Assembly: GCF_054482595.1 (NCBI RefSeq)
Contig: NZ_CM137008.1
Length of the DNA stretch: 64,000 nt
Strand: one strand, 5' to 3'
Shown: in pieces, positions 32,976 through 45,544 of the stretch
How positions within the stretch are numbered: position 1 is the first letter of the stretch
How the letters are laid out: the number at the start of each line of letters is the position of its first letter
Program-made: the position numbers and the translations under genes
Notes under the pieces: generated by a model
Database searches by the model: none
Told to the model about the DNA's origin: nothing
Seen by the model: the letters and a program-made list of their open reading frames with translations, nothing else

Positions 32976-35458
32976 AACTCAGTCGTCGTAGCTTTATGAA
33001 AGCTAACGCCGTTGCGGCCGCTGCGGCGGCTGCCGGTCTCAGCGTGCCGGGCGTTGCCCGCGCCGTTGTTGGTCAGCAGGAAGCCATTAAATGGGATAAA
33101 GCGCCGTGCCGTTTCTGCGGTACTGGTTGCGGCGTTCTGGTCGGAACGCAGCAGGGGCGTGTGGTGGCCTGTCAGGGCGACCCGGACGCACCGGTTAACC
33201 GTGGCCTGAACTGCATTAAGGGCTATTTCCTGCCCAAGATCATGTACGGTAAAGACCGTTTGACGCAGCCGCTGCTGCGTATGAAAAACGGTAAATATGA
33301 CAAAGAAGGCGAATTTACCCCAATCACCTGGGATCAGGCCTTCGATGTGATGGAAGAGAAATTCAAAACCGCCCTGAAAGAAAAAGGGCCGGAATCGATC
33401 GGTATGTTCGGTTCTGGTCAGTGGACTATCTGGGAAGGTTATGCCGCGTCCAAACTGTTTAAAGCGGGCTTCCGTTCGAACAACATCGACCCGAACGCGC
33501 GTCACTGTATGGCGTCGGCAGTAGTTGGCTTTATGCGTACCTTTGGTATGGATGAGCCGATGGGCTGCTATGACGACATCGAGCAGGCTGACGCGTTTGT
33601 GCTGTGGGGCGCAAACATGGCGGAAATGCACCCGATCCTCTGGTCGCGCATCACTAACCGTCGTCTCTCTAACCAGAACGTCACCGTGGCGGTGCTTTCT
33701 ACCTACCAGCATCGTAGCTTCGAGCTGGCGGATAACGGCATCATCTTTACGCCGCAATCTGACCTGGTGATCCTGAACTACATCGCCAACTATATCATTC
33801 AAAACAATGCGATAAATCAGGACTTCTTTAGCAAACACGTTAACCTGCGCAAAGGTGCGACGGACATCGGCTACGGTTTACGTCCGACCCATCCGCTGGA
33901 AAAAGCAGCGAAGAATCCGGGTTCTGATGCTTCCGAACCGATGAGCTTTGAAGATTACAAAGCCTTCGTTGCTGAGTATACGCTGGAAAAAACCGCTGAA
34001 ATGACCGGCGTGCCGAAAGACCAGTTAGAACAACTGGCGCAGCTGTATGCCGATCCGAACAAGAAAGTCATCTCCTACTGGACGATGGGCTTCAACCAGC
34101 ATACCCGTGGTGTATGGGCCAACAACCTGGTCTACAACCTGCACCTGCTGACCGGCAAAATTTCCCAGCCGGGTTGCGGTCCGTTCTCCCTGACCGGGCA
34201 GCCTTCTGCGTGTGGTACTGCGCGTGAAGTGGGCACCTTTGCTCACCGTCTGCCTGCGGACATGGTGGTGACTAACGAGAAACATCGTGATATCTGCGAG
34301 AAGAAGTGGAATATCCCGAGTGGCACCATTCCGGCAAAAATCGGTCTGCACGCGGTGGCACAAGACCGTGCGCTGAAAGACGGCAAGCTGAATGTTTACT
34401 GGACCATGTGTACCAACAACATGCAGGCCGGGCCGAACATCAATGAAGAGCGTATGCCGGGCTGGCGCGATCCGCGCAACTTCATCATCGTCTCCGATCC
34501 GTATCCGACAGTCAGTGCGCTGGCCGCCGACTTGATCCTGCCGACCGCAATGTGGGTAGAAAAAGAGGGCGCTTACGGTAACGCCGAACGCCGTACTCAG
34601 TTCTGGCGTCAGCAAGTACAGGCACCTGGTGAAGCGAAATCGGATCTCTGGCAGTTAGTTCAGTTCTCCCGTCGCTTCAAAACCGAAGAAGTATGGCCGG
34701 AAGAGCTGCTGGCGAAGAAACCGGAACTGCGTGGCAAAACGTTGTACGAGGTTCTGTATGCCACCCCGGAAGTGAGCAAATTCCCGGTATCCGAACTGGC
34801 GGAAGATCAGCTGAACGATGAATCCCGCGAGCTGGGCTTCTATCTGCAAAAAGGGCTGTTCGAAGAGTACGCATGGTTTGGTCGTGGTCACGGTCACGAT
34901 CTGGCACCGTTCGATGACTACCATAAAGCGCGCGGTCTGCGCTGGCCGGTGGTGAACGGTAAAGAAACTCAGTGGCGTTACAGCGAAGGTAACGACCCGT
35001 ACGTGAAAGCGGGCGAAGGCTACAAGTTCTACGGTAAACCGGATGGCAAAGCGGTGATCTTCGCACTGCCGTTCGAACCAGCGGCGGAAGCACCGGATGA
35101 AGAGTACGACCTGTGGCTCTCTACCGGACGCGTCCTGGAGCACTGGCACACCGGCAGTATGACTCGCCGTGTACCGGAACTGCACCGCGCCTTCCCGGAA
35201 GCGGTCCTGTTTATTCACCCGCTGGATGCGAAAGCGCGCGATCTGCGTCGTGGCGACAAAGTGAAAGTGGTTTCTCGCCGTGGCGAAGTGATCTCGATTG
35301 TCGAAACGCGCGGTCGTAACCGTCCGCCGCAGGGCCTGGTGTACATGCCGTTCTTCGACGCCGCACAGCTGGTTAACAAACTAACGCTGGACGCGACCGA
35401 TCCGCTCTCGAAAGAGACGGACTTCAAGAAGTGCGCGGTCAAACTGGAGAAGGTGTAA
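32972..35458 (+). CDS. napA: Periplasmic nitrate reductase catalytic subunit NapA
   Basis: 828 aa, Tat signal SRRSFMK, N-terminal Cys cluster [10 protein letters not shown], molybdopterin oxidoreductase. Confidence 0.97.
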   Translation: MKLSRRSFMKANAVAAAAAAAGLSVPGVARAVVGQQEAIKWDKAPCRFCGTGCGVLVGTQQGRVVACQGDPDAPVNRGLNCIKGYFLPKIMYGKDRLTQPLLRMKNGKYDKEGEFTPITWDQAFDVMEEKFKTALKEKGPESIGMFGSGQWTIWEGYAASKLFKAGFRSNNIDPNARHCMASAVVGFMRTFGMDEPMGCYDDIEQADAFVLWGANMAEMHPILWSRITNRRLSNQNVTVAVLSTYQHRSFELADNGIIFTPQSDLVILNYIANYIIQNNAINQDFFSKHVNLRKGATDIGYGLRPTHPLEKAAKNPGSDASEPMSFEDYKAFVAEYTLEKTAEMTGVPKDQLEQLAQLYADPNKKVISYWTMGFNQHTRGVWANNLVYNLHLLTGKISQPGCGPFSLTGQPSACGTAREVGTFAHRLPADMVVTNEKHRDICEKKWNIPSGTIPAKIGLHAVAQDRALKDGKLNVYWTMCTNNMQAGPNINEERMPGWRDPRNFIIVSDPYPTVSALAADLILPTAMWVEKEGAYGNAERRTQFWRQQVQAPGEAKSDLWQLVQFSRRFKTEEVWPEELLAKKPELRGKTLYEVLYATPEVSKFPVSELAEDQLNDESRELGFYLQKGLFEEYAWFGRGHGHDLAPFDDYHKARGLRWPVVNGKETQWRYSEGNDPYVKAGEGYKFYGKPDGKAVIFALPFEPAAEAPDEEYDLWLSTGRVLEHWHTGSMTRRVPELHRAFPEAVLFIHPLDAKARDLRRGDKVKVVSRRGEVISIVETRGRNRPPQGLVYMPFFDAAQLVNKLTLDATDPLSKETDFKKCAVKLEKV

Positions 35459-35464
35459 GCCATT

Positions 35465-36160
35465 ATGTCCCGGTCAGCGAAACCTCAAAATGGTCGCCGC
35501 CGCTTTCTGCGCGATGTTGTTCGCACAGCAGGCGGGCTGGCTGCCGTGGGTGTGGCGCTGGGGTTACAACAGCAAACCGCACGCGCATCTGGCGTGCGGT
35601 TGCGCCCGCCCGGAGCCATAAACGAGAACGCCTTTGCCAGTGCCTGTGTGCGTTGTGGTCAGTGTGTTCAGGCTTGCCCTTACGACACCTTAAAACTGGC
35701 GACGCTGGCCTCTGGTCTGTCGGCGGGCACGCCATATTTTGTCGCACGGGATATTCCTTGCGAAATGTGTGAGGACATTCCGTGCGCCAAAGTGTGCCCG
35801 AGCGGTGCGCTGGATCGTGAGATCGAATCGATCGACGACGCGCGGATGGGGCTGGCGGTGCTGGTAGACCAGGAAAACTGTCTCAACTTTCAGGGGCTGC
35901 GCTGCGATGTTTGTTATCGCGAATGCCCGAAAATTGATGAGGCCATCACCCTGGAGCTGGAGCGCAACACGCGTACCGGTAAGCACGCCCGCTTTCTGCC
36001 GACGGTTCACAGCGACGCCTGTACCGGCTGCGGTAAGTGCGAAAAAGTGTGCGTGCTGGAACAACCGGCAATCAAGGTGTTACCGCTGTCACTGGCGAAA
36101 GGGGAGTTAGGTCACCATTACCGCTTCGGCTGGCTGGAGGGGAACAATGGCAAATCGTAA
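35465..36160 (+). CDS. napG: Ferredoxin-type protein NapG
   Basis: 231 aa, Tat motif RRRFLR, four 4Fe-4S Cys clusters. Confidence 0.93.
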
Positions 36161-37010
36161 ACGTGACGCCGGGCGCGAGGCGCTGGAGAAAAAAGGCTGG
36201 TGGCGCAGTCACCGTTGGCTGGTGTTACGTCGCCTTTGTCAGTTCTTCGTGCTGGGGATGTTTTTGAGCGGTCCGTGGTTTGGTGTGTGGATCTTGCACG
36301 GCAACTACAGCAGTAGCCTGTTATTCGACACCGTTCCGCTGACCGATCCGCTGATGACGCTGCAAAGTCTTGCCAGTGGTCATCTGCCTGCCACGGTGGC
36401 GTTGACCGGTGCGGTGATTATCACCGTGCTCTACGCCCTGGCGGGAAAGCGATTATTTTGCAGCTGGGTCTGCCCGCTGAACCCGATTACCGACTTAGCG
36501 AACTGGTTACGCAGGCGCTTTGACCTCAATCAGTCTGCGACGATCCCTCGCCACATTCGCTACGTGCTGTTGGTGGTCATTCTGGTGGGATCAGCCTTAA
36601 CCGGCACGCTCATCTGGGAATGGATCAACCCCGTTTCCCTGATGGGGCGTAGCCTGGTAATGGGCTTCGGCAGCGGCGCGCTGCTTATTCTCGCGCTGTT
36701 TTTATTTGATCTACTGGTCGTTGAACACGGCTGGTGCGGGCACATTTGTCCGGTTGGCGCGCTTTATGGCGTGCTGGGTAGCAAAGGTGTGATTACCGTT
36801 GCGGCCAGCGATCGGCAGAAATGTAACCGCTGTATGGATTGTTTTCATGTTTGCCCGGAACCGCATGTGCTACGTGCCCCGGTGCTGGATGAACAAAGCC
36901 CGGTGCAGGTCACCAGCCGCGATTGCATGACGTGCGGTCGCTGCGTGGATGTCTGTTCTGAGGATGTATTTACAATAACTACACGATGGAGTTCGGGAGC
37001 GAAATCATGA
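36147..37010 (+). CDS. napH: Membrane ferredoxin NapH
   Basis: 287 aa, TM helices plus C-terminal Cys clusters. Confidence 0.93.
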
Positions 37011-37456
37011 AAAGCCATGACCTGAAGAAAGCGCTGTGTCAATGGACGGCGATGCTGGCCCTGGTGGTAAGCGGCGCGGTTTGGGCGGCTAATGGCGTCG
37101 ATTTTAGCCAGTCGCCGGAAGTATCCGGGACGCAGGAAGGGGCCATTCGGATGCCAAAAGAGCAGGATCGGATGCCGCTGAACTATGTGAATCAGCCGCC
37201 AATGATCCCGCATAGCGTTGAAGGTTATCAGGTAACGACCAATACCAACCGCTGCTTGCAGTGCCACGGTGTCGAAAGCTATCGCACCACTGGCGCGCCG
37301 CGTATCAGTCCTACTCACTTTATGGACAGCGACGGCAAAGTGGGCGCGGAAGTGGCTCCGCGTCGTTATTTCTGTCTGCAATGTCACGTACCGCAGGCCG
37401 ATACCGCGCCAATCGTGGGGAATACCTTTACCCCATCAAAAGGTTACGGGAAATAA
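37007..37456 (+). CDS. napB: Diheme cytochrome c NapB (149 aa)
   Basis: MKSHDLKK..., two CxxCH motifs (CLQCH, CLQCH). Confidence 0.93.
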   Translation: MKSHDLKKALCQWTAMLALVVSGAVWAANGVDFSQSPEVSGTQEGAIRMPKEQDRMPLNYVNQPPMIPHSVEGYQVTTNTNRCLQCHGVESYRTTGAPRISPTHFMDSDGKVGAEVAPRRYFCLQCHVPQADTAPIVGNTFTPSKGYGK

Positions 37457-37465
37457 GAGGTTATT

Positions 37466-38068
37466 ATGGGAAATTCTGACCGTAAGCCTGGTCTGATTAA
37501 GCGCCTGTGGAAATGGTGGCGTACCCCCAGCCGTCTGGCGCTGGGGACGCTGCTGTTGATCGGTTTTGTCGGCGGCATCGTCTTCTGGGGCGGCTTTAAC
37601 ACCGGGATGGAAAAAGCCAATACCGAAGAGTTCTGCATTAGCTGCCACGAAATGCGTAACACGGTGTATCAGGAATACATGGATTCCGTGCACTACAACA
37701 ACCGTAGCGGCGTCCGTGCGACCTGTCCGGATTGTCACGTTCCGCACGAGTTTGTGCCGAAGATGATACGCAAGCTCAAAGCAAGTAAAGAGCTGTATGG
37801 TAAAATTTTTGGCGTTATTGACACGCCGCAGAAATTTGAAGCTCATCGTCTGACGATGGCACAGAATGAGTGGCGGCGCATGAAGGACAATAACTCGCAG
37901 GAGTGCCGTAACTGTCACAACTTCGAGTATATGGATACAACCGCCCAGAAATCGGTTGCCGCGAAGATGCATGACCAGGCGGTGAAAGATGGGCAAACCT
38001 GTATTGATTGCCATAAAGGGATAGCGCACAAGCTGCCCGATATGCGTGAAGTCGAGCCAGGTTTTTAA
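37466..38068 (+). CDS. napC: Tetraheme cytochrome c NapC
   Basis: 200 aa, N-terminal TM, four CxxCH motifs. Confidence 0.95.
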   Translation: MGNSDRKPGLIKRLWKWWRTPSRLALGTLLLIGFVGGIVFWGGFNTGMEKANTEEFCISCHEMRNTVYQEYMDSVHYNNRSGVRATCPDCHVPHEFVPKMIRKLKASKELYGKIFGVIDTPQKFEAHRLTMAQNEWRRMKDNNSQECRNCHNFEYMDTTAQKSVAAKMHDQAVKDGQTCIDCHKGIAHKLPDMREVEPGF

Positions 38069-38080
38069 CAAGGTTATTGC

Positions 38081-38704
38081 GTGGGTATGCTTGAAGCCAG
38101 AGAGTTACTTTGTGAGCGGGATGAACGAACCTTATTTAGTGGCTTGTCATTTACGCTGAACGCAGGAGAGTGGGTACAAATCACCGGTAGCAACGGCGCG
38201 GGGAAGACAACGCTTCTCCGTTTGCTGACGGGGTTGTCTCGCCCTGACGCAGGCGAGGTTCTCTGGCAAGGGCAGCCCTTGCATCAGGTACGTGACAGCT
38301 ACCATCAAAACCTGTTATGGATAGGCCATCAGCCGGGGATCAAAACCCGGCTGACGGCGTTAGAAAATCTGCACTTTTATCATCGCGATGGCGATACCGC
38401 ACAATGTCTGGAAGCCCTGGCGCAGGCCGGGCTTGCCGGATTCGAAGATATTCCGGTAAATCAACTTTCTGCCGGGCAACAACGCCGCGTCGCTTTAGCG
38501 CGTCTGTGGCTGACCCGTGCCACGTTATGGATCCTCGACGAGCCTTTTACCGCGATTGACGTCAACGGCGTCGATCGTCTGACCCAGCGTATGGCGCAGC
38601 ATACGGAGCAGGGGGGGATTGTGATTCTGACTACCCACCAGCCGCTCAACGTTGCTGAAAGTAAAATTCGCCGCATTTCACTGACGCAAACGAGGGCTGC
38701 ATGA
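38081..38704 (+). CDS. ccmA: Heme exporter ATPase CcmA
   Basis: 207 aa, Walker [10 protein letters not shown]. Confidence 0.95.
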   Translation: MGMLEARELLCERDERTLFSGLSFTLNAGEWVQITGSNGAGKTTLLRLLTGLSRPDAGEVLWQGQPLHQVRDSYHQNLLWIGHQPGIKTRLTALENLHFYHRDGDTAQCLEALAQAGLAGFEDIPVNQLSAGQQRRVALARLWLTRATLWILDEPFTAIDVNGVDRLTQRMAQHTEQGGIVILTTHQPLNVAESKIRRISLTQTRAA

Positions 38705-39363
38705 TGTTCTGGCGCATTTTCCGTCTTGAGCTGCGCGTAGCGTTTCGCCATAGCGCCGAAATCGCCAACCCGCTGTGGTTCTTCCTGATTGTAATTACCC
38801 TTTTTCCGCTCAGTATCGGTCCGGAGCCGCAACTGCTGGCGCGTATTGCACCGGGCATTATCTGGGTTGCTGCGCTGCTTTCATCCTTGCTGGCGCTGGA
38901 ACGACTGTTCCGTGACGATTTGCAGGACGGCAGTCTTGAACAATTGATGTTGTTGCCGTTACCCTTGCCCGCCGTTGTGCTGGCGAAGGTGATGGCGCAC
39001 TGGATGGTAACCGGTCTGCCGTTACTCATCCTTTCGCCACTGGTAGCAATGCTACTGGGAATGGATGTTTATGGCTGGCAAGTGATGGCGCTGACGCTGC
39101 TGCTGGGAACGCCTACGCTTGGCTTTCTCGGTGCACCGGGCGTGGCGCTGACAGTGGGACTTAAGCGCGGTGGTGTGCTGCTCAGCATACTGGTGTTACC
39201 GCTGACTATCCCATTACTCATCTTTGCCACCGCCGCGATGGACGCGGCTTCTATGCATTTGCCCGTTGACGGGTATCTGGCAATTTTAGGCGCGTTGCTG
39301 GCAGGCACCGCGACATTAAGTCCTTTTGCGACGGCGGCAGCGTTACGAATCAGCATTCAATAA
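38701..39363 (+). CDS. ccmB: Heme exporter permease CcmB
   Basis: 220 aa polytopic membrane protein; overlaps ccmA stop. Confidence 0.94.
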
Positions 39364-39404
39364 CGCTGGATTACTGATTTTTGTTCGAGTCTGGTATCGA
39401 AACT

Positions 39405-40142
39405 ATGTGGAAAACACTGCATCAACTGGCGATCCCACCACGGCTGTATCAAATCTGTGGCTGGTTTATACCGTGGCTGGCAATTGCCAGTGTGGTCGTG
39501 CTTACCGTTGGCTGGATCTGGGGATTCGGCTTTGCTCCGGCTGATTATCAGCAGGGAAATAGCTACCGCATTATCTACTTGCATGTACCTGCGGCGATCT
39601 GGTCGATGGGCATTTATGCATCAATGGCGGTGGCAGCGTTTATTGGCCTTGTCTGGCAGATGAAAATGGCCAACCTGGCGGTGGCGGCGATGGCCCCCAT
39701 TGGTGCCGTGTTTACCTTTATTGCCCTGGTTACCGGCTCTGCATGGGGAAAACCGATGTGGGGCACCTGGTGGGTATGGGATGCACGTCTGACTTCTGAA
39801 CTGGTGCTGCTGTTTCTGTATGTTGGTGTCATTGCCCTGTGGCACGCCTTCGATGACCGCCGTCTGGCGGGCCGTGCGGCAGGTATCCTGGTGCTGATTG
39901 GCGTGGTGAATCTGCCGATTATTCATTACTCCGTGGAGTGGTGGAACACCCTGCATCAGGGATCAACGCGGATGCAGCAAAGTATCGATCCGGCGATGCG
40001 TTCGCCGCTGCGCTGGTCGATTTTTGGCTTCCTGCTCCTGTCTGCCACGCTGACGCTGATGCGGATGCGGAATTTGATTTTGCTGATGGAAAAACGCCGT
40101 CCGTGGGTGAGTGAACTGATACTGAAAAGAGGCCGTAAATGA
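39405..40142 (+). CDS. ccmC: Heme exporter protein CcmC (245 aa)
   Basis: MWKTLHQLAIPPRLYQ..., WGxxWxWD tryptophan-rich motif. Confidence 0.94.
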   Translation: MWKTLHQLAIPPRLYQICGWFIPWLAIASVVVLTVGWIWGFGFAPADYQQGNSYRIIYLHVPAAIWSMGIYASMAVAAFIGLVWQMKMANLAVAAMAPIGAVFTFIALVTGSAWGKPMWGTWWVWDARLTSELVLLFLYVGVIALWHAFDDRRLAGRAAGILVLIGVVNLPIIHYSVEWWNTLHQGSTRMQQSIDPAMRSPLRWSIFGFLLLSATLTLMRMRNLILLMEKRRPWVSELILKRGRK

Positions 40143-40348
40143 CCCCTGCATTTGCTTCCTGGAATGAATTTTTCGCAATGGGCGGTTACGCCTTTTTTGT
40201 CTGGCTGGCGGTGGTGATGACCGTTATTCCGCTGGTGGTTTTGGTCGTGCACTCGGTGATGCAACATCGCGCAATTCTGCGTGGCGTGGCGCAACAGCGG
40301 GCGCGTGAGGCGCGTTTACGTGCTGCGCAACAGCAGGAGGCTGCATGA
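40139..40348 (+). CDS. ccmD: Heme exporter protein CcmD
   Basis: 69 aa single-TM, overlapping ccmC/ccmE. Confidence 0.9.
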   Translation: MTPAFASWNEFFAMGGYAFFVWLAVVMTVIPLVVLVVHSVMQHRAILRGVAQQRAREARLRAAQQQEAA

Positions 40349-40824
40349 ATATTCGCCGTAAAAACCGCTTGTGGATTGTCTGTGCCGTGTTGGCAGGGCT
40401 GGCGCTGACTATCGGTCTGGTGCTATATGCGCTGCGCTCGAATATCGATCTCTTTTATACGCCGGGGGAAATTCTCTACGGCAAGCGTGAAACTCAGCAA
40501 ATGCCGGAAGTCGGTCAGCGTCTGCGCGTTGGCGGGATGGTGATGCCGGGTAGTGTGCAGCGCGATCCCAATTCGCTGAAAGTGACCTTCACCATTTACG
40601 ACGCTGAAGGCTCAGTGGATGTCTCTTACGAAGGCATTTTGCCGGATCTGTTCCGTGAAGGGCAGGGCGTTGTGGTGCAGGGCGAGCTGGAAAAAGGCAA
40701 TCATATCCTCGCGAAAGAAGTGCTGGCGAAACACGACGAAAACTACACGCCGCCAGAAGTTGAGAAAGCGATGGAAGCTAACCACCGTCGCCCGGCGAGT
40801 GTTTATAAGGACCCAGCATCATGA
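40345..40824 (+). CDS. ccmE: Heme chaperone CcmE
   Basis: 159 aa, membrane anchor, conserved region around [10 protein letters not shown]. Confidence 0.95.
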   Translation: MNIRRKNRLWIVCAVLAGLALTIGLVLYALRSNIDLFYTPGEILYGKRETQQMPEVGQRLRVGGMVMPGSVQRDPNSLKVTFTIYDAEGSVDVSYEGILPDLFREGQGVVVQGELEKGNHILAKEVLAKHDENYTPPEVEKAMEANHRRPASVYKDPAS

Positions 40825-42764
40825 TGCCGGAAATTGGTAACGGGCTGCTGTGCCTGGCGTTAGGGATTGCGCTGCTGCTGTCCGTGTATCCGCTATGGGG
40901 CGTGGCGCGCGGAGATGCGCGCATGATGGCGTCTTCCCGCTTGTTTGCCTGGCTGCTGTTTATGTCTGTGGCTGGCGCATTTCTGGTGCTGGTCAATGCT
41001 TTCGTGGTCAACGACTTTACCGTCACCTATGTTGCCAGCAACTCCAATACCCAGCTTCCGGTGTGGTATCGCGTGGCGGCTACCTGGGGCGCACATGAAG
41101 GCTCACTGCTGCTGTGGGTGCTGCTGATGAGCGGCTGGACCTTTGCGGTGGCGATTTTTAGTCAGCGTATTCCGCTGGATATTGTGGCCCGCGTACTGGC
41201 GATAATGGGGATGGTCAGTGTCGGCTTTTTGCTGTTCATTCTCTTTACTTCTAACCCGTTCTCACGCACGTTGCCGAATTTCCCGATTGAAGGTCGCGAT
41301 CTTAACCCGCTATTGCAGGATCCGGGGCTGATCTTCCATCCGCCTCTGCTTTATATGGGGTACGTGGGTTTCTCGGTGGCGTTTGCTTTTGCCATTGCTT
41401 CTTTGCTGAGCGGGCGTCTGGACAGCACTTATGCGCGTTTTACTCGTCCGTGGACGCTGGCAGCGTGGATCTTCCTGACGCTCGGCATCGTGCTCGGTTC
41501 CGCATGGGCCTATTACGAACTCGGCTGGGGTGGCTGGTGGTTCTGGGATCCGGTAGAAAACGCCTCGTTTATGCCGTGGCTGGTGGGGACTGCGCTGATG
41601 CACTCGCTGGCGGTGACTGAACAGCGTGCCAGCTTCAAAGCGTGGACATTACTGCTGGCAATCAGTGCCTTCTCGTTGTGTCTGTTGGGGACTTTCCTCG
41701 TGCGTTCCGGCGTGCTGGTATCGGTACACGCGTTTGCGTCTGATCCGGCGCGCGGTATGTTTATCCTCGCCTTTATGGTGCTGGTGATTGGCGGTTCGCT
41801 GCTGCTGTTTGCCGCGCGTGGACACAAAGTTCGCTCACGCGTAAACAATGCGCTGTGGTCGCGGGAATCTCTGCTGTTAGCGAACAACGTTTTGCTGGTC
41901 GCCGCGATGCTGGTGGTGTTGCTGGGGACGCTGCTGCCGCTGGTGCACAAGCAACTGGGACTGGGCAGTATTTCGATTGGCGAACCGTTCTTCAACACCA
42001 TGTTTACCTGGCTGATGGTGCCGTTTGCGCTACTGCTGGGTGTCGGTCCTCTGGTGCGCTGGGGGCGCGATCGCCCACGTAAAATCCGCAATTTATTGAT
42101 TATCGCCTTCATCTCTACGCTGGTGCTGTCTCTGCTGTTGCCGTGGCTGTTCGAAAGCAAAGTGGTGGCGATGACGGTGCTCGGCCTGGCAATGGCCTGC
42201 TGGATTGCGGTGCTGGCAATTGCGGAAGCTGCGCTACGTATTTCACGCGGCACGAAAACCACCTTCAGTTATTGGGGGATGGTGGCGGCTCACCTGGGGC
42301 TGGCAGTGACAATTGTTGGCATTGCCTTTAGCCAGAACTATAGCGTTGAGCGTGATGTGCGCATGAAGTCCGGCGATAGCGTCGATATTCATGAATATCG
42401 CTTCACCTTCCGTGATGTCAAAGAGGTGACTGGCCCGAACTGGCGTGGCGGTGTGGCGACTATCGGCGTAACGCGAGAGGGTAAACCGGAAACGGTGCTG
42501 TATGCGGAAAAACGTTATTACAACACTGCCGGGTCGATGATGACCGAAGCGGCAATTGACGGCGGCATCACGCGTGACCTGTACGCGGCCCTCGGTGAAG
42601 AGCTGGAAAACGGCGCGTGGGCCGTGCGTCTTTACTACAAACCATTTGTTCGCTGGATTTGGGCGGGCGGGCTGATGATGGCGTTGGGCGGACTGCTGTG
42701 TCTGTTTGATCCTCGCTATCGTAAGCGCGTGAGCCCGCAAAAAACTGCGCCGGAGGCTGTATGA
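40821..42764 (+). CDS. ccmF: Cytochrome c heme lyase subunit CcmF
   Basis: 647 aa polytopic, [12 protein letters not shown] motif. Confidence 0.96.
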   Translation: MMPEIGNGLLCLALGIALLLSVYPLWGVARGDARMMASSRLFAWLLFMSVAGAFLVLVNAFVVNDFTVTYVASNSNTQLPVWYRVAATWGAHEGSLLLWVLLMSGWTFAVAIFSQRIPLDIVARVLAIMGMVSVGFLLFILFTSNPFSRTLPNFPIEGRDLNPLLQDPGLIFHPPLLYMGYVGFSVAFAFAIASLLSGRLDSTYARFTRPWTLAAWIFLTLGIVLGSAWAYYELGWGGWWFWDPVENASFMPWLVGTALMHSLAVTEQRASFKAWTLLLAISAFSLCLLGTFLVRSGVLVSVHAFASDPARGMFILAFMVLVIGGSLLLFAARGHKVRSRVNNALWSRESLLLANNVLLVAAMLVVLLGTLLPLVHKQLGLGSISIGEPFFNTMFTWLMVPFALLLGVGPLVRWGRDRPRKIRNLLIIAFISTLVLSLLLPWLFESKVVAMTVLGLAMACWIAVLAIAEAALRISRGTKTTFSYWGMVAAHLGLAVTIVGIAFSQNYSVERDVRMKSGDSVDIHEYRFTFRDVKEVTGPNWRGGVATIGVTREGKPETVLYAEKRYYNTAGSMMTEAAIDGGITRDLYAALGEELENGAWAVRLYYKPFVRWIWAGGLMMALGGLLCLFDPRYRKRVSPQKTAPEAV

Positions 42765-43318
42765 AGCGCAAAGTATTGTTAATTCCGTTGATTATCTTCC
42801 TGGCGATTGCCGCGGCGCTGCTGTGGCAGCTGGCGCGTAATGCCGAAGGGGATGATCCGACCAATCTGGAATCGGCGCTCATTGGCAAGCCAGTGCCGAA
42901 GTTTCGTCTCGAATCACTGGACAATCCGGGGCAGTTTTATCAGGCGGATGTGCTGACTCAGGGCAAACCAGTGCTGCTTAACGTCTGGGCGACCTGGTGT
43001 CCGACCTGCCGTGCGGAACATCAATATCTGAATCAGCTTTCTGCGCAGGGCATCCGCGTGGTCGGCATGAACTATAAAGACGATCGCCAGAAGGCAATCA
43101 GCTGGCTGAAAGAACTGGGCAATCCTTACGCGCTAAGCCTGTTTGATGGCGACGGCATGTTAGGGCTGGATCTCGGTGTCTATGGCGCGCCAGAAACGTT
43201 TCTTATTGACGGCAACGGCATCATTCGCTATCGCCATGCGGGCGATCTCAATCCTCGCGTCTGGGAAGAAGAGATCAAGCCGCTGTGGGAGAAATACAGT
43301 AAGGAGGCCGCACAATGA
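42761..43318 (+). CDS. ccmG: Thiol:disulfide interchange protein CcmG/DsbE
   Basis: 185 aa, thioredoxin motif WCPTC. Confidence 0.95.
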   Translation: MKRKVLLIPLIIFLAIAAALLWQLARNAEGDDPTNLESALIGKPVPKFRLESLDNPGQFYQADVLTQGKPVLLNVWATWCPTCRAEHQYLNQLSAQGIRVVGMNYKDDRQKAISWLKELGNPYALSLFDGDGMLGLDLGVYGAPETFLIDGNGIIRYRHAGDLNPRVWEEEIKPLWEKYSKEAAQ

Positions 43319-44367
43319 GGTTTTTATTGGGCGTGCTGATGCTGATGATCTCCGGCTCAGCGCTGGCGACCATCGATGTGTTGCAGTTTAAAGATGAAGC
43401 ACAGGAACAACAGTTCCGTCAGCTCACTGAAGAACTGCGTTGCCCGAAATGCCAGAACAACAGCATTGCCGATTCCAACTCGATGATTGCCACCGACCTG
43501 CGCCAGAAAGTGTATGAACTGATGCAGGAAGGTAAAAGTAAGAAAGAGATTGTCGATTATATGGTGGCGCGTTACGGCAACTTCGTCACTTACGATCCGC
43601 CGTTAACGCCGCTGACCGTGCTGCTGTGGGTGCTGCCAGTAGTGGCTATTGGCATTGGCGGTTGGGTCATTTACGCCCGCTCGCGGCGTCGGGTACGCGT
43701 GGTGCTGGAAGCGTTTCCTGAACAAAGCGTGCCGGAAGGTAAGCGTGCCGGATATGTTGTTTATCTGCCGGGTATTGTGGTGGCGTTAATTGTGGCTGGC
43801 GTCAGCTACTACCAGACTGGCAATTATCAGCAGGTGAAAATCTGGCAGCAGGCCACGGCACAGGCTCCGGCGTTGCTGGACAGGGCGCTGGATCCGAAAG
43901 CCGATCCGCTCAACGAAGAAGAGATGTCGCGCCTTGCGCTGGGGATGCGTACTCAACTGCAAAAAAATCCGGGAGATATAGAAGGTTGGATTATGTTGGG
44001 TCGCGTTGGCATGGCGCTGGGTAACGCCAGTATCGCCACCGATGCATACGCTACTGCGTATCGCCTCGATCCGAAAAACAGCGATGCCGCACTGGGTTAT
44101 GCTGAAGCGTTGACACGTTCATCTGATCCCAACGACAACCGCCTCGGCGGCGAACTGCTGCGCCAGTTGGTGAGAACGGACCATAGCAATATTCGTGTGT
44201 TAAGCATGTATGCGTTTAATGCCTTTGAGCAGCAGCGATTTGGCGAAGCCGTTGCCGCGTGGGAGATGATGTTGAAACTCTTACCTGCCAACGATACTCG
44301 CCGTGCGGTGATTGAACGTAGTATCGCGCAGGCGATGCAACATTTGTCGCCGCAGGAGAGTAAATAA
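43315..44367 (+). CDS. ccmH: Cytochrome c maturation protein CcmH (fused CcmH/CcmI, TPR C-terminus)
   Basis: 350 aa, LRCPKCQN motif, TM, TPR-like C-terminal half. Confidence 0.94.
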   Translation: MRFLLGVLMLMISGSALATIDVLQFKDEAQEQQFRQLTEELRCPKCQNNSIADSNSMIATDLRQKVYELMQEGKSKKEIVDYMVARYGNFVTYDPPLTPLTVLLWVLPVVAIGIGGWVIYARSRRRVRVVLEAFPEQSVPEGKRAGYVVYLPGIVVALIVAGVSYYQTGNYQQVKIWQQATAQAPALLDRALDPKADPLNEEEMSRLALGMRTQLQKNPGDIEGWIMLGRVGMALGNASIATDAYATAYRLDPKNSDAALGYAEALTRSSDPNDNRLGGELLRQLVRTDHSNIRVLSMYAFNAFEQQRFGEAVAAWEMMLKLLPANDTRRAVIERSIAQAMQHLSPQESK

Positions 44368-44394
44368 AAAGAGGCCCGATGGTGATTCCATCAG

Positions 44395-44535
44395 GCCAGA
44401 CTGATGACAAAGTGCGCTTAGTTTATGCCGGATGCGGCGTGAACGCCTTATCCGGCCTACACAATCGTGTGAATTCAATAAATTGATCGATCCGCGTAGG
44501 CCTGATAAGCGTAGCGCATCAGGCAGTTTTGCGTT
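44395..44535. repeat. REP/BIME element between ccmH and narP
   Basis: GCCGGATGCGGCGTGAACGCCTTATCCGGCCTAC... and CGTAGGCCTGATAAGCGTAGCGCATCAGGC units. Confidence 0.8.
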
Positions 44536-44577
44536 TGTCATAAATCTCAGCCCGATGATAAATCCATCGGGCTATTT

Positions 44578-45225
44578 TTATTGTGCCCCGCGTTGTTGCA
44601 GGAACAGAATGGTGGCTGCCACGCGTGAGCGGACATTGAGTTTGCGCAGCAGATTGCGAATATGTACTTTTACTGTCTGCTCGGAAATATTCAACACCGA
44701 GGCAATCTGTTTATTTGACAGCCCCTGTGCCAGCTCGTGCAGAACATCCAGCTCGCGCTCCGTCAGCACGCTGAAGGGATCTTCTTCCGCGCCAAACATT
44801 TCACGTTCATGTAAGTACTGATTGACGCGTTCGCTAAAGACTTTGCTGCCTTTCGCTCCGGCACGAATCGCTTCCAGCAAAACTTCCGGGTCGCTGTCTT
44901 TCAACAGATAACCGTCTGCGCCTGCGTCTATCAGCGCAAAGACATCGCTGGAGGCATCTGATACGGTCAGGATAATAATTTGCGCGGTAACGCCATCCCT
45001 GCGCAAGGCATTGAGGGTATCCAGGCCACTCATACCTTTCATATTGAGATCCAGCAAGATCACGTCGATATCCAGTCTATTAGCCAGATCGATCGCGCTC
45101 GCGCCGTCGCCTGCTTCGGCGACCACTTCAAAGCCAGGATCAAGCTCCAGTAACTGACGAACACCGCGTCGCATAAGTGGATGATCATCCACAATCATCA
45201 CCTGAAAAGGCGTTGCTTCAGGCAT
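44578..45225 (-). CDS. narP: Nitrate/nitrite response regulator NarP (215 aa)
   Basis: MPEATPFQVMIVDDHPLMRRG receiver plus LuxR HTH; trimmed from 225-aa ORF. Confidence 0.95.
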   Translation of the reverse strand: MPEATPFQVMIVDDHPLMRRGVRQLLELDPGFEVVAEAGDGASAIDLANRLDIDVILLDLNMKGMSGLDTLNALRRDGVTAQIIILTVSDASSDVFALIDAGADGYLLKDSDPEVLLEAIRAGAKGSKVFSERVNQYLHEREMFGAEEDPFSVLTERELDVLHELAQGLSNKQIASVLNISEQTVKVHIRNLLRKLNVRSRVAATILFLQQRGAQ

Positions 45226-45544
45226 AGTAGTCTCCTGAGGTTTTATTAGAATCATTATGTTTGAGCGTAGCGTTGGTATCGCTACCAGGCGCGTGAATGT
45301 TACCCCATTTTATGTATGGACATGTAGTGAAAACTACAACCTTGTCGTTCGTTTTGGCATCATTTTCATTATAAAGACGGAATTTTGCATCAGCTTCTCA
45401 TCAAGAAAAACAACTAAAAAATCAATCACAATACTTGTGCATTTCTTTAAACAGTTTTTAAAAACTGATTCCGGGTATGGAGCTATGGGTATTTTCTGTA
45501 CCCAATGCTTTTAACAGCAATTAATTTCATAGGATGAAAGCTCA

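Noticed and set aside
32939-33838. 299-aa minus-strand ORF overlapping napA; also 34025..35218 minus ORFs
   Set aside because: Antisense to napA, with no independent support.
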